Assembly (NCBI GenBank): GCA_965222075.1
Contig: OZ244937.1
Span: 5,123,891-5,187,890, forward strand
Direction: 5' to 3'
Length of the DNA: 64,000 nt
Source of the DNA: Candidatus Latescibacterota bacterium
Lineage (GTDB): Bacteria; Latescibacterota; UBA2968; GCA-2709665
Shown: positions 43,617 through 54,336 of the stretch, piece after piece
Numbering within the stretch: the stretch's first letter is position 1
Layout of the letters: each line of letters begins with the position of its first letter
The notes under the pieces: model-generated
Seen by the model: the letters and a program-made list of their open reading frames with translations, nothing else
Told to the model about the DNA's origin: nothing
Databases searched by the model: none
Translations under genes and position numbers: made by a program

Positions 43617-44777
43617 ATGAAAATAACGGACGTGAAGGTGCTGCCTATTGATCGATATCTGTTTGTCCAGGTTTACACGGACGAGGGAATTGTGGGGCTG
43701 GGTGAATCGGGTGCGTGGGGATACCTGGAGGCCTCCGAGAAGGTGGTGGAGAGTTTTAAGGGATATCTGATCGGGCAGGATCCACTGCGGATCGAACACC
43801 ACTGGCAGTACCTGTATCGGTGCACCCACTTTCGGGGGGCGGCGATTATGGGGGCGTTGAGTGCAGTGGATATTGCGCTCTGGGATATTGCGGGGAAGTT
43901 TTTCGGGGTGCCGGTCTACCAGCTTCTGGGGGGGAAGTGTCGGGACAAGGCACGGGTGTACGGGCATGTGATCGGGCGCACCAAAGAGGAGCTTGTAAAA
44001 GGCTGCGTGCAGGCCAAGGCAGAGGGATATACGGCGGTGGGGCACCTGACGCCGTTTCTGGACGAGTTACGCAGTGTGCCTTATTATAAGACCCACGCGG
44101 ACAAGATTCACGACGCGATCCGGACAGTTGCGGCCTACCGGGAGGCGGTGGGCGACGAGGTGGATCTGTGCATTGAGATCCATCGGCGGCTGGATCCGGC
44201 CGAGGCGATTGTGCTGGGCCGGGGGATTGAGCCTTATCGCCCGTTTTTCTACGAGGACCCGATCCGCCCGGACAATTTTGATGCCATGGCGGAGGTGGCG
44301 CAGAAGATTCACATTCCGATTGCGACGGGGGAACGACTCCACACAATCTACGAGTTTGAGATGCTTTTGACTCGCAATGCGGTTCAGTACGTGCGGCCGG
44401 ATGTGTGTATGGCGGGGGGCATCACCCATTGCAAAAAGATCGCAGCCCTGGCCGAGGCACACTATGTGGATGTGGTTCCGCACAATCCGCTCAGCCCGGT
44501 GAGTACGGCGGCCTGCGTTCAACTGGCGGCCTGCATTCCCAATTTTGCACTACAGGAGTACCCAAGGGGCGAAGGGCAACCGCCGAAGAGTGAGATCGTA
44601 TCCGGGACGCTCACTTTGGAGGACGGTTTTTTGATTATTCCCGATGCGCCGGGCATCGGAGTGGAACTCAGGGAAGGGGCGATGGAGAATTACCCCTTCC
44701 TCTCGCACAGGCCGCTGCTTGATGAGGGAATGATGCTCACGCGGCTGCACGTAGACGGGTCGGTGGTGGACCAGTAG
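43617..44777 (+). CDS. Enolase-superfamily (mandelate racemase/muconate lactonizing enzyme) sugar-acid dehydratase, galactonate/mannonate-dehydratase-like
   Basis: 'MKITDVKVLPIDRYLFVQVYTDEGIVGLGES...AVDIALWDIAGKFFGVPVYQLLGG' is the typical MR/MLE N-domain and barrel start. Confidence 0.85.
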   Translation: MKITDVKVLPIDRYLFVQVYTDEGIVGLGESGAWGYLEASEKVVESFKGYLIGQDPLRIEHHWQYLYRCTHFRGAAIMGALSAVDIALWDIAGKFFGVPVYQLLGGKCRDKARVYGHVIGRTKEELVKGCVQAKAEGYTAVGHLTPFLDELRSVPYYKTHADKIHDAIRTVAAYREAVGDEVDLCIEIHRRLDPAEAIVLGRGIEPYRPFFYEDPIRPDNFDAMAEVAQKIHIPIATGERLHTIYEFEMLLTRNAVQYVRPDVCMAGGITHCKKIAALAEAHYVDVVPHNPLSPVSTAACVQLAACIPNFALQEYPRGEGQPPKSEIVSGTLTLEDGFLIIPDAPGIGVELREGAMENYPFLSHRPLLDEGMMLTRLHVDGSVVDQ

Positions 44778-44849
44778 TGGTGGAGTCAGAATCGCTTATC
44801 TTCGCAGATGTAGAATCCCATGTTTACCTAAACCCAGGAGGACCCACGG

Positions 44850-45644
44850 ATGTCTCAGCAGATCACCGATGATCAGTGGACTCAGTTTGAAGAGGAAGGC
44901 TATCTTCGCCTCGGAAAGGTGATGGACGACGACGAACTGGCGGGGTTGCAGCAGCGCATCAACGACATTATGCTGGGCAAGGTCAAGGTCTACGACCAGA
45001 TGTACATGCAGCTGGACAGCAACACCGGGGACTACTCGGAGAAGCGGACCACCACAAGAGGGCACCGGGTTTCGACGCTGAACTACCGAAAAATCCAGGA
45101 CCTGGAGTTCGATCCCCTGTTCCTGTCGTACATGCAGAAACCCCTTTTTTGGGAGATCTGTGCGAGGGCCTACGGCCCCGATACTCCGATTTCCTGTTAT
45201 CGGGCCATGTTTATGAACAAGCCTGCCGGGAAGGGCACACACCTCCCCTGGCACCAGGATCGGTTTAACATTCTCGATACCAATCCGATTGCGACCGTGT
45301 GGATGGCGCTGGATCGGGTGACCGTTGAGAATGGGTGTGTCGGGGTGGTGCCCGGGTCTCATCGCAGCACGTTCGAGCAGGACGATTCGGCCGCATTGGC
45401 TTTTCTTACCGAAGGGCAGGCCACTGTCGTTTTGGCTGAAACAGAGCCCGAATACCTCGAGTTGGAGGCGGGCGAAGCGGCCCTGCTGCACAACTTGCTG
45501 CTCCACGGATCCGGCGTGAATAAGACCGACACCTCACGTCGCGGGTTCAGCGTTTGCTACATGGATGCCGCGACCCGATCCGAAAGTGGGACGACCTTCT
45601 CCATCATCTTCGGAGAAGGCGCGCTGAGTCCGGAGAGCTTGTAA
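44850..45644 (+). CDS. Phytanoyl-CoA dioxygenase (PhyH) family Fe(II)/2OG oxygenase
   Basis: 'FEEEGYLRLGKVMDDDEL', 'LPWHQD' and 'VENGCVGVVPGSH'. Confidence 0.8.
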   Translation: MSQQITDDQWTQFEEEGYLRLGKVMDDDELAGLQQRINDIMLGKVKVYDQMYMQLDSNTGDYSEKRTTTRGHRVSTLNYRKIQDLEFDPLFLSYMQKPLFWEICARAYGPDTPISCYRAMFMNKPAGKGTHLPWHQDRFNILDTNPIATVWMALDRVTVENGCVGVVPGSHRSTFEQDDSAALAFLTEGQATVVLAETEPEYLELEAGEAALLHNLLLHGSGVNKTDTSRRGFSVCYMDAATRSESGTTFSIIFGEGALSPESL

Positions 45645-45683
45645 ATCGCCCCGCCGACACCTGTTTAGCCAAGGAGTTCGGAA

Positions 45684-47696
45684 GTGGAAGGCTCTGCGGT
45701 GAGAGACCAGAAAGGTGATGGCCTGGCGCCGAATGAGGAGGCTGCCGGGCGGGACGGTTTAACGCCCCGTGCGTTTGGGGTCGGGCTTGTCCTGTGCGGT
45801 CTCATGTGTCTGGGGCTTACCTACAACCGGATGATCCTCCAGGGCTCCTTTATGGGGAGCGGGTATTACATGGACCGGGGGGCGCTGTTTGTGTTATTCC
45901 TCCTGGTCCTGGCCGTTAATCCGGTGCTGGGCTTCTTTAAGAACAGGTTTGTGCTGAAGCGTGGCGAATTGCTGGCAATCTACACCATGTTTCTTATTCT
46001 CCTGCCCGCCTGGGTGATGACCAAGCCGGTGATTCTCTATACGACCGGTGCGATCTACCACGCTACGCCAGAGTTGCGTCATATCGAGGCGGTGCCCCCC
46101 CACCTGCTCCCCTGGCTGGCCCCCCAGGGGTGGCAAACGGTTAAGGATCTCTACGAAGGGCTGCCGAAGGGTGGGTCGATTCCGTGGTTGGCGTGGGTTG
46201 TGCCTCTGTGGAGCTGGGGGTCTTTCCTGATCGTGCTGTTTGTTGTGCTGATCTGCCTGGGGGTGCTGATGCGGAAACAATGGGAAGAACACGAGCGGTT
46301 TGTGTTCCCCCTGATGCAGGTGCCGCTGGCGATGGTGGAGGCAGAAAAGGGAAGGCCCGGTCCGCTGTTCAGGAACTGGTTGATGGTTGCGGGGTTTGGG
46401 ATACCGTTTCTGGTCGGTTTGCTGAGGGGGCTGCGGTATTATTATCCCTATATGCCTGTTATAGGCCTGGGGAGCTACGTCCGGATCTTCCGGCGGACGA
46501 TGGTTTTGCCTTTCAAAGTCCATTTCCTCGTGCTTGGATATTCCTTTTTTGTCAATTTGGACGTGAGTTTCAGTCTGTGGGTGATCAACCTGATTACCAA
46601 GGTTATCCGGGGGGCGCTGGCGATGTTCGGCGCCGGGCAGAGCTGGGGGGTGTCCGGGGTGGTGGGACGTCACAGTTCTCAAGGGTCGGAGTTCCTGGCG
46701 ATGATGGGGATGGGGTATATCCTGTCTCTGGCCGCGTACAGTCTGTATGTGGCCAGGGGGCACCTGCGGCAGGTGTGGGAAAAGACAAGGGGGAGGCCGT
46801 CGCAGCTGGACGATTCGGAAGAGATCATTCCGTACCGGACGGCAGTGCTGGGCGTTGTTCTGGGTGCAGGCTACCTGGGGTTGTGGCTCTATCAGTCGGG
46901 GATTTCACCTCCGCTGGTCCTGTTTCTGCTTTTTTCCAGTTTTGTGGTGTTTTTCGTGATGGCCCGGATTGTGAGTGAGACGGGTTTTGTTGCGACGTAT
47001 TCGCCGATCAATCCGTCAGAGTTCGTCGTGTGCGCGGTGGGATCCTCGGCGTTCAGTCCGGCAGGTCTGGTGACGCTGGGGATCAGCTACGTGTGGACGA
47101 TGACGCGGCTGAATACGCTGATGCCACACGCTCTGGGGGCGCTGCGGCTGGCGCGGGAGATCGGACGGAAGCAGGGGCTGGCCTGGGCGATGGGGGCGGC
47201 GCTGGTGTTGGGGTTGGCCGCTACGGGGTATATGACGTTGAATCTGGGGTATACGCACGGGGGCGTGAACATCGACTATCCGTGGTTCAGCAATGTCAAC
47301 GATGCGGCCTCTCCATTCGACGAGTATATCGGACGTCGGCTGTTGGAGCCAAGCCCGATCTTCACGATGGGGTTCCTCTATACGGCTCTGGGCTCCGCCG
47401 TTGCAGCCATCTTTATCCTGCTTCGGGTACGGCTGCCCTGGTGGCCGCTTCATCCGGTTGCGCTTCCGCTGAGTACGATCTGGTATATGGACTGGTTCGG
47501 GTTCAGTGTGTTCCTGGCGTGGGGGATTAAGGCGATCATCTTGCAGGTTGGTGGGGCGGACCTCTACAGGAGGGCGCGCCCGTTTTTTATCGGGATGATT
47601 CTGGGGGAAGTGATGTGCTCGGGAGGGTGGTCCGTGGTAAGCGCTTTTACAGGGAGGCTCAGGATCTGGCCGTTTATGGGCTACTGGGGCTCGTGA
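45684..47696 (+). CDS. Polytopic membrane protein, paralogue A (putative transporter, family unknown)
   Basis: 670 aa, many hydrophobic segments. It shares 'RKQWEEHERF.FP.MQVPLAM', 'ARIVSETGFVATYSPINP' and 'WWPLHPVALPLSTIW' with 52294 and 58750. Confidence 0.75.
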   Translation: MEGSAVRDQKGDGLAPNEEAAGRDGLTPRAFGVGLVLCGLMCLGLTYNRMILQGSFMGSGYYMDRGALFVLFLLVLAVNPVLGFFKNRFVLKRGELLAIYTMFLILLPAWVMTKPVILYTTGAIYHATPELRHIEAVPPHLLPWLAPQGWQTVKDLYEGLPKGGSIPWLAWVVPLWSWGSFLIVLFVVLICLGVLMRKQWEEHERFVFPLMQVPLAMVEAEKGRPGPLFRNWLMVAGFGIPFLVGLLRGLRYYYPYMPVIGLGSYVRIFRRTMVLPFKVHFLVLGYSFFVNLDVSFSLWVINLITKVIRGALAMFGAGQSWGVSGVVGRHSSQGSEFLAMMGMGYILSLAAYSLYVARGHLRQVWEKTRGRPSQLDDSEEIIPYRTAVLGVVLGAGYLGLWLYQSGISPPLVLFLLFSSFVVFFVMARIVSETGFVATYSPINPSEFVVCAVGSSAFSPAGLVTLGISYVWTMTRLNTLMPHALGALRLAREIGRKQGLAWAMGAALVLGLAATGYMTLNLGYTHGGVNIDYPWFSNVNDAASPFDEYIGRRLLEPSPIFTMGFLYTALGSAVAAIFILLRVRLPWWPLHPVALPLSTIWYMDWFGFSVFLAWGIKAIILQVGGADLYRRARPFFIGMILGEVMCSGGWSVVSAFTGRLRIWPFMGYWGS

Positions 47697-47770
47697 GCGT
47701 TGTTAGAGCGACGCAGCCGTTGAACACGATGGGTGGATCTCTGGTTTTGCACGCTTAAGGGAGGATCATT

Positions 47771-48769
47771 ATGGAAATTCGACGTTCGATTTCGACGCCC
47801 CTTCACCGTCTCGAATGGCAGCGGCGGGACCAGCCCATCCTGTCGGCGATGACCACGAATCAGGACTGGTGCCGGGTGCAGCTTTATAATCCAACGGTGA
47901 TCCGGGTAGGCGATCGATACAGAATGTGGTATCTGGGCAACAGCACCGCCACACGGACAGGTGATATGAACCTGGGCGTTGCGGAGTCCGCGGACGGATT
48001 GCGCTGGACCGAATATCCGGGGAATCCGATACTCACTGAGAGCGACCTGCCGTTCGGCAGCGCCTGGCAGACGCCCCACGTGCTTTTCGATGTGGATGAA
48101 AACCTCTACAAGATGTGGTTTATTATGCTTGCCGGGCGCCGGAGTGCAGAGGGCAGTCTGGTGGATATCGATCAGAAACTGGGCTACGCGACCAGTTTGG
48201 ATGGTCTGAGCTGGGACGTTCACCCCGAGCCGATCTTCCGAGATGGACGGCGGCCGTTTGTCATGAAGGACGGACCGAACGCCTACCGGATGTGGATGTG
48301 CTCATCTCCGCATCCGGAGGGAGATTTCGGGGATCTGGTGAGTCACATCTATCGGTTTGTGTCGAGCGATGGCCTGAATTGGACGCGAGACCCGGAACCG
48401 ATGCTGTCGGCCACAAAGACGCATCGCAGCGTGATCTATCCGTGCGTTTTGCAGGACGAGAGTGGTTATACGATGTGGTACGGCTGCCATGTGGAGGGCG
48501 CCTTCGAGATCTTCTGCTCGACTTCGGTGGATGGATTGAGGTGGACGCACCACCTGGATAGGCCCGCCTTTCCCGCAACGCGCGATCCCAACGATTTCGA
48601 CGGACGGTTCACGTCGACACCGTGCGTGCTGGACGACGGAGACCGGTATCTGATGTATTACTGCACGCGGGACTGCGGCAATCTCTATCGGGCTGGAGAT
48701 GGGACGATTATGTTCGATCAGGCCGGCATCTATCGGCACATCGGCGTGGCGGTGTGCCCAAAGGAGTAA
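47771..48769 (+). CDS. Beta-propeller glycoside-hydrolase-like protein
   Basis: 'GDRYRMWYLG', 'SADGLRWT', 'NLYKMWF', 'SLDGLSW', 'SSDGLNWT' and 'SVDGLRWT'. Paralogue of 35711. Confidence 0.7.
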   Translation: MEIRRSISTPLHRLEWQRRDQPILSAMTTNQDWCRVQLYNPTVIRVGDRYRMWYLGNSTATRTGDMNLGVAESADGLRWTEYPGNPILTESDLPFGSAWQTPHVLFDVDENLYKMWFIMLAGRRSAEGSLVDIDQKLGYATSLDGLSWDVHPEPIFRDGRRPFVMKDGPNAYRMWMCSSPHPEGDFGDLVSHIYRFVSSDGLNWTRDPEPMLSATKTHRSVIYPCVLQDESGYTMWYGCHVEGAFEIFCSTSVDGLRWTHHLDRPAFPATRDPNDFDGRFTSTPCVLDDGDRYLMYYCTRDCGNLYRAGDGTIMFDQAGIYRHIGVAVCPKE

Positions 48770-48793
48770 AACCTTCTTACAGAGGAGAAACTC

Positions 48794-50200
48794 GTGCAAC
48801 CCCCGGCCATTATGGAGCGTGTTTGTCGTGCAATTGAGGTTTTAATAGAGGCCGGCGATCGGTACGGTGGACTTTTCCCTTCGATGCTGGACCTCAAGAC
48901 ACACGACATGCTGATGGAGATGCCCCCGGCCATCCCAGGCCAGCGCAACACAGACCGGGCGCCCCGGGGGGCGAACCTGATTCACGACGAAGCTGTACTG
49001 AAGACGATGGTTGCGCTGGACCGGCCGGGATTCCAGGACGCGGCCGACCGTTACCTGCGCCGGTTCGCCACGCACTGTACCGATACGGTGAGCGGCCTCT
49101 TCCCCTGGGGAGAGCACGCGTTCTGGGATCTGGTGGAGGACCGACCCGGAAACAGCTATACGGTCAACAATCCCGATTCATCGCAAGGGCTGACCCACGA
49201 TCACCTCCGGGCGGCTCCGCTCTGGCTGTGGGAGAAGCTCCACAGGTTCAACCCGCGCTGCGTGGAACGGTTCGGCGAGGGGCTGGACAACCACTGGTCT
49301 TGCCGGGATCCGCTGGAATACATTCGGCACGGGTATATCGACCGCATTGAGCCGTGGCCGAGTGGAGGTTCGTCCTGCGATTTTCCGCGACACAGCGGGT
49401 TTTTCATATTCGATTGGGCCTTCGGGTTCGCCAAAAGCGGGCGAAGCGAATTCCTGGATCAGATCCAGAAGATGCTGGACTACTGGTGGGAGAAGCGGCG
49501 GGACGACGGCCTTCTCTGGTCGGAGAGCCGTACAACTCCCGGCGTCCACCTGGACGGGGTGGTCGCCGTGGGACAGACGCTTTTTCTGGCGGCGAGCCTC
49601 CTGGAGGCTGCGACTCTGCTGGAGGGTTGCCGGCCGGAGTTGGCGGCTGAGATGCGATACCGGGCCTCGGTGTATATCAGGGGATTTCTCAATGCACCGC
49701 ACGATCCGGACCGGGGGATATTCCTGTACGGGTTCAAGCTGGGGACGAACCCGAACGAGTGGGCCTCCGTTATCTGGGGAAGCGTGTACGGGAGTTGTCC
49801 CGTGAGCTATGCGGCGCTTACCTGCCTGTGTGTTTACCGGATCACGTCGGAAGCGCGGCTGCTCGACTGGGCGGCTGCGGCGGGGACACGTTATGTGGAC
49901 GAGCCGTTTCCCGGTGACGCAGCGGTCCCTGCGATGGACGCAGGGATGGGTCTGGGGCTTCTGGCCGATCTTTACGACATCACGGGAGAAGATCGATGGC
50001 TCGACGTCGGGCTGCGCCGGGCGGAAGAGCTGGTCTCGATCTACTTCGGCGACTGTGACCTGCCGCGCGGGGCGGCCGGAATTTCGTGGTACGAATCGCA
50101 AATGGGCCCCTCGTTCCTGCTGCATGGCCTGGCTCGACTTGCCCTGCTTGCCGATAGGCCGGAAAGTTGCCCGCTGGGTGCGGACTACACGGGTCGATGA
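48794..50200 (+). CDS. Hypothetical protein
   Basis: 468-aa ORF. GTG start 6 nt after AGGAG. No motif recognised. Confidence 0.6.
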   Translation: MQPPAIMERVCRAIEVLIEAGDRYGGLFPSMLDLKTHDMLMEMPPAIPGQRNTDRAPRGANLIHDEAVLKTMVALDRPGFQDAADRYLRRFATHCTDTVSGLFPWGEHAFWDLVEDRPGNSYTVNNPDSSQGLTHDHLRAAPLWLWEKLHRFNPRCVERFGEGLDNHWSCRDPLEYIRHGYIDRIEPWPSGGSSCDFPRHSGFFIFDWAFGFAKSGRSEFLDQIQKMLDYWWEKRRDDGLLWSESRTTPGVHLDGVVAVGQTLFLAASLLEAATLLEGCRPELAAEMRYRASVYIRGFLNAPHDPDRGIFLYGFKLGTNPNEWASVIWGSVYGSCPVSYAALTCLCVYRITSEARLLDWAAAAGTRYVDEPFPGDAAVPAMDAGMGLGLLADLYDITGEDRWLDVGLRRAEELVSIYFGDCDLPRGAAGISWYESQMGPSFLLHGLARLALLADRPESCPLGADYTGR

Positions 50201-50236
50201 ATTCACGTTCAGGGTTTACCTGAGAGGAGGAATGTG

Positions 50237-52258
50237 ATGCCAGACCAGGACCGAACGCTCCGCCGGTCGGCACTGCTGCTTTTTCCGGATGCCGTGCTGA
50301 ACGAGGCGACGCTCGACCAGATTGTCCGGGAGGGATTCACGGATGTGGGTGTCGGCGTGGCGGTCACGCCCGGGCTAAAATACCAGGGCTTTTCGTTGGA
50401 GCAGTCGGAGAGGCTTGCCCGGATGTGCGAGGAACGGGGCCTGGGGCTGATTGCCTTTACCGGGTATATGAAATATAACGAACACCTCGTGGCGGAGGAA
50501 CCCCATCGGCTGATGCATCTGGTCGGCGGGGGCGAGGTACTGGACCTGGACGGGCTGCGGGTGCGGTGGATGTGTCCTTTTCGCCCCGAGAATAAGGCCT
50601 ACTACCTGTCTCTGCTGATGGAGATCTGCAATTGGCCGTCGGTACGGGAGATCCACCTCAACGATGAGGCGTGTCTGGGGTTCGGAGACGGGACGATCGG
50701 GTGCTACTGCGAGTTCTGCCAGTCGGAATTCCGGAAGCGCACGGGCGTCAACCCGCCCAGGACTGCGGATTGGGATGACTCGCTGTGGTATGCGTGGCTG
50801 GAAGCCCGGTTTGACAATTGGGAGGCGGTGCACGCAGAATTTCGAAGGGCCATCAAGGATGTCCGGCCGGACGTGGCTGTGGGGATCCAACACAGTCCCG
50901 CCATGCCTGAGCGGAACTACAATGCCTGGCAGACGGGGATCTGCCTGGCCCGCGATGCCCGTACGCAGGATGTTGTTGCCACAGACCCCTATCACTTCAA
51001 TCACGACAAGCTGATCCTGCACCGACCCCACCGCAGGATCCTTTCGGAGACCACGAGAAGCCTGATGGGTGTGTGTATGGACCGGCAGGTGGATATTTAT
51101 CCGCAGGGCTTCATGCCTCCGTCCCAGGCGGTGCCAATGGGCAGGCAGGACGGGTTGCTGGCGGGCGTGGTGCCGTTTGCACTGGGAGCAGACCTGGTGA
51201 TGCCGTTTACCTATGAACAGATGAAGATCATCCCGGGATTTTTCGAGGCATTCGATGAGACCCGGCGACTGGAGCCGATGTTCGCGTCACACCGGCCTTA
51301 CGGTTTTGCCACGATGATCATGCCCCAGCAGTCCGAGATCACCGGCCACTACGATTCGAACTGGGGGCATTCTGATTTGATCAATATGGTGGATATGGTC
51401 TACCGGACGGGCCTGCCGTGGCGGTGGTTCTGGGATCAGCGCCTGGACGACGCGGGCGACCGGTTGAGGGGTCCGGTGATCCTGCCCGAGGTGCACTGCC
51501 TCACGCAGTGCCAGGTCGATTGTATCAACGCGGTTGCCAAACGCGGAGAGGGTCTGCTGTGGATCGGCAACCGGCCGGCCGGTCCTTGGGCCGGGAGCGG
51601 CCCATGCAAGCTGCCGTGTACGATCGACTCGGGCGCCTTTGAACTCGACCTTCAGGGCGATCATCCGCTGACAGAGGGTCTGGACCACCCCGTGATCCTC
51701 AGCACCCGCGTGGATGGTCCGGGTCCGGACGGGGAGGTGCTGGGGACGGTGGAGGGCAGGCCGGCGCTGGTGCTGATGGAGGAGGGGAGGCGCCGAGAGG
51801 CGTGGCTGGCCGGCATGCCGGCTGTGAATTACACCGGAACGGTTCCGGGTAAGTCCTCGCTTGAGGAGACTTCCAATGTGGAACTGCTGCGGAGGCTGAT
51901 TTTCTGGACGTCGGGCCGCAGGCCGCTGGCGCGGCTGGATCCGTTCCCGCCGGTGGACGATTACCGTACGCTGCGACCGGCCGACCGCCGGGCCGTGCCC
52001 ACGATTGAGTTGCTGCCGATGGTCAAGGACGACGATTCTCTGCTGGCAATCGTGTTTCCGTATACGCCGGTGAGATGCCAGACGTCGCTGGTGGTGACCC
52101 TGTCGGAAGGTAAGACGCTCCGGAGCATCCAGGAGATCTGGTCGGGGGAGGACTGGAGCGACCGGGTGTCGTCTGTTGAAAATGGCACGGTACGCATCCC
52201 ACTTGATATTCCAGGCGATTGTGACTTCCTGGCGATTCACGTGCAGATGGAAGGCTGA
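50237..52258 (+). CDS. Hypothetical glycosidase-like protein (paralogue of 38691-40781)
   Basis: GAGGAGG lies 6 nt upstream of the ATG. See the shared motifs listed for 38691. Confidence 0.6.
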   Translation: MPDQDRTLRRSALLLFPDAVLNEATLDQIVREGFTDVGVGVAVTPGLKYQGFSLEQSERLARMCEERGLGLIAFTGYMKYNEHLVAEEPHRLMHLVGGGEVLDLDGLRVRWMCPFRPENKAYYLSLLMEICNWPSVREIHLNDEACLGFGDGTIGCYCEFCQSEFRKRTGVNPPRTADWDDSLWYAWLEARFDNWEAVHAEFRRAIKDVRPDVAVGIQHSPAMPERNYNAWQTGICLARDARTQDVVATDPYHFNHDKLILHRPHRRILSETTRSLMGVCMDRQVDIYPQGFMPPSQAVPMGRQDGLLAGVVPFALGADLVMPFTYEQMKIIPGFFEAFDETRRLEPMFASHRPYGFATMIMPQQSEITGHYDSNWGHSDLINMVDMVYRTGLPWRWFWDQRLDDAGDRLRGPVILPEVHCLTQCQVDCINAVAKRGEGLLWIGNRPAGPWAGSGPCKLPCTIDSGAFELDLQGDHPLTEGLDHPVILSTRVDGPGPDGEVLGTVEGRPALVLMEEGRRREAWLAGMPAVNYTGTVPGKSSLEETSNVELLRRLIFWTSGRRPLARLDPFPPVDDYRTLRPADRRAVPTIELLPMVKDDDSLLAIVFPYTPVRCQTSLVVTLSEGKTLRSIQEIWSGEDWSDRVSSVENGTVRIPLDIPGDCDFLAIHVQMEG

Positions 52259-52293
52259 GCGTTTCCGGCAGAAAGGGTGGAGGTGCCGAGCAG

Positions 52294-54279
52294 ATGGCGC
52301 AGAGAACTGGCCAGGTAACTCAGGAGCGCACGATACCGAAGGCGGAGGCGCACGAGGGGGACGGCCTGACACCCCGGGCGTTCCTGATCGGGCTTGCGCT
52401 GTGCGCCACCTTAGGCGTCTGGCTGACGTACAACCGGATGGTGGTCCAGGGGCCCTTTATGGGATGGTATTTCCTGGACCGGGGCGTGATGTTTGTCTTT
52501 TTCTGCCTGGTGCTGATGGTCAATCCTCTGCTGGCTTCCCTGAAGCGTCGCTACGCGTTGGGCAGGGGCGAGTTGCTGGCCATCTATGCGATGTTCCTGT
52601 TTTTGATGCCGGCATGGGGGATGGCCAAGGCGCTGCTGGGGTTTATGACCGGTGTGACCTACTACGCCTCACCGGAGATGCGCCATCTTGAGGCGGTGCT
52701 GCCCTATTCCCTGCCCTGGCTGGCGGTGCTGGATGGTGAGCCGGTGAGAGGGCTTTATGAGGGATTGCCGAAGGGCGCCTCCGTGCCCTGGTGGGCGTGG
52801 GTGGTTCCGCTGTGGAGCTGGGGGGCGTTTTTGGTGGCGCTGTTCATGGTGCTGATCTGCATGGCGGTGATTCTGCGGAAGCAGTGGGAGGAGCACGAGC
52901 GGTTTGCGTTTCCGATTATGCAGGTGCCTTTAGCGATGGGAGAGCGGGGTGAGGGGAGGGTGGGACCGCTGTTCAGGAGCCGGGTGATGTGGGGGGGATT
53001 TGCAATCCCGTTTACCATCGGTTCGATGAATGGGCTGCACAGCTATTTTTATTCGCTGCCTCAGATCAGATTGAGGACGGTGATCTGGATTTTCCGGCGG
53101 GCGATTCCTCTGTCGATCAGGCTTCACTTTGCCCTTGTCGGATACGCGTATTTCGTGAATTTAGATGTGAGTCTGAGCATCTGGCTGTTCAACGTGATCG
53201 CCAAATGTATCAACGGGACACTGGCAATGCTGGGGATGGAGCGCTACGGCGTATCCGGGGTGGTGGGACGGCACAGTTCTCAGGGGTCGGAATTTCTGGC
53301 GTTTACGGGGATGGGGTATATGCTGGCGCTGGCGGGCTACAGCCTGTGGATTGCGCGGGGACATTTGCGTAAGGTGTGGGCGAAGGCGCTGGGGCGGCCG
53401 TCGGAACTGGAGGATGGGGAGGAGGTGATTCCCTACCGGACGGCAGTGTTCGGTGTGGCGCTGGGGACGCTGTATCTGGGGCTCTGGCTGTATCAGGGAG
53501 GGATATCGCCGCTGGTGATCGTGCTGCTGTTCTTTTGCTGTTTTGTGGTGTTTCTGGTGCTGGCGCGGATTGTGAGCGAGACCGGGTATGCGGTGACGTA
53601 TTCGCCGCTGAATCCGTTTGAGTTTGCCGTGTGTGCGGTGGGTTCTTCAGCGTTTGGTCCGACGGGTCTGGTGACGATGGGGCTCAGCTATGCGTGGACG
53701 ATGACGCGGCTGAATACGATGATGCCCCGGGCTTCCGGGGCGCTGCGGCTGGCGCGAGAGATGGGACGGAAGCGGAGGCTGATCTGGGCGATGGGTGCTG
53801 CGCTGGCCGTTGGTTTGATCGTTGCGAGTTATACGACGTTAGAGTTGGGGTATGCGCACGGGGGGAGGAACCTGGATTACTGGTTCCGGGATGTGAACGA
53901 TGCCTCCCTTCCATTTGACGAGTATGTCGGCCGCCGACTGTTGGAGCCAAGTCCGGTGTTCTACCAGGGATTTCTGTATACCGGGCTGGGGGTGGCCCTT
54001 GCAGCGCTTTTGATGGGGCTCCGGATGCGGCTGCCGTGGTGGCCGCTGCACCCGGTGGCGCTGCCGGTGAGTACGATCTGGATGACGGAGCACTACTACT
54101 TCAGCGTCTTTCTGGCGTGGGGGATCAAGGCGCTGGTGATGAAGTTCGGCGGGGCGAATTTTTACAAGAGGACAAGGCCGTTTTTCATCGGGATCATTTT
54201 AGGTGAGGCGGTCTGTTTGGGAATGTGGAGCCTGATTGACTTTTTCACAGGGAAGGTTGGGAATATGTTTCTTCTGTAG
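52294..54279 (+). CDS. Polytopic membrane protein, paralogue B
   Basis: 661 aa, colinear with 45684 and 58750. Confidence 0.75.
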   Translation: MAQRTGQVTQERTIPKAEAHEGDGLTPRAFLIGLALCATLGVWLTYNRMVVQGPFMGWYFLDRGVMFVFFCLVLMVNPLLASLKRRYALGRGELLAIYAMFLFLMPAWGMAKALLGFMTGVTYYASPEMRHLEAVLPYSLPWLAVLDGEPVRGLYEGLPKGASVPWWAWVVPLWSWGAFLVALFMVLICMAVILRKQWEEHERFAFPIMQVPLAMGERGEGRVGPLFRSRVMWGGFAIPFTIGSMNGLHSYFYSLPQIRLRTVIWIFRRAIPLSIRLHFALVGYAYFVNLDVSLSIWLFNVIAKCINGTLAMLGMERYGVSGVVGRHSSQGSEFLAFTGMGYMLALAGYSLWIARGHLRKVWAKALGRPSELEDGEEVIPYRTAVFGVALGTLYLGLWLYQGGISPLVIVLLFFCCFVVFLVLARIVSETGYAVTYSPLNPFEFAVCAVGSSAFGPTGLVTMGLSYAWTMTRLNTMMPRASGALRLAREMGRKRRLIWAMGAALAVGLIVASYTTLELGYAHGGRNLDYWFRDVNDASLPFDEYVGRRLLEPSPVFYQGFLYTGLGVALAALLMGLRMRLPWWPLHPVALPVSTIWMTEHYYFSVFLAWGIKALVMKFGGANFYKRTRPFFIGIILGEAVCLGMWSLIDFFTGKVGNMFLL

Positions 54280-54336
54280 CGTTCAAGGGGTTGCCCGTTG
54301 ATCAACCGATCGCTTCTTCCAAAAGGAGTCCTAACC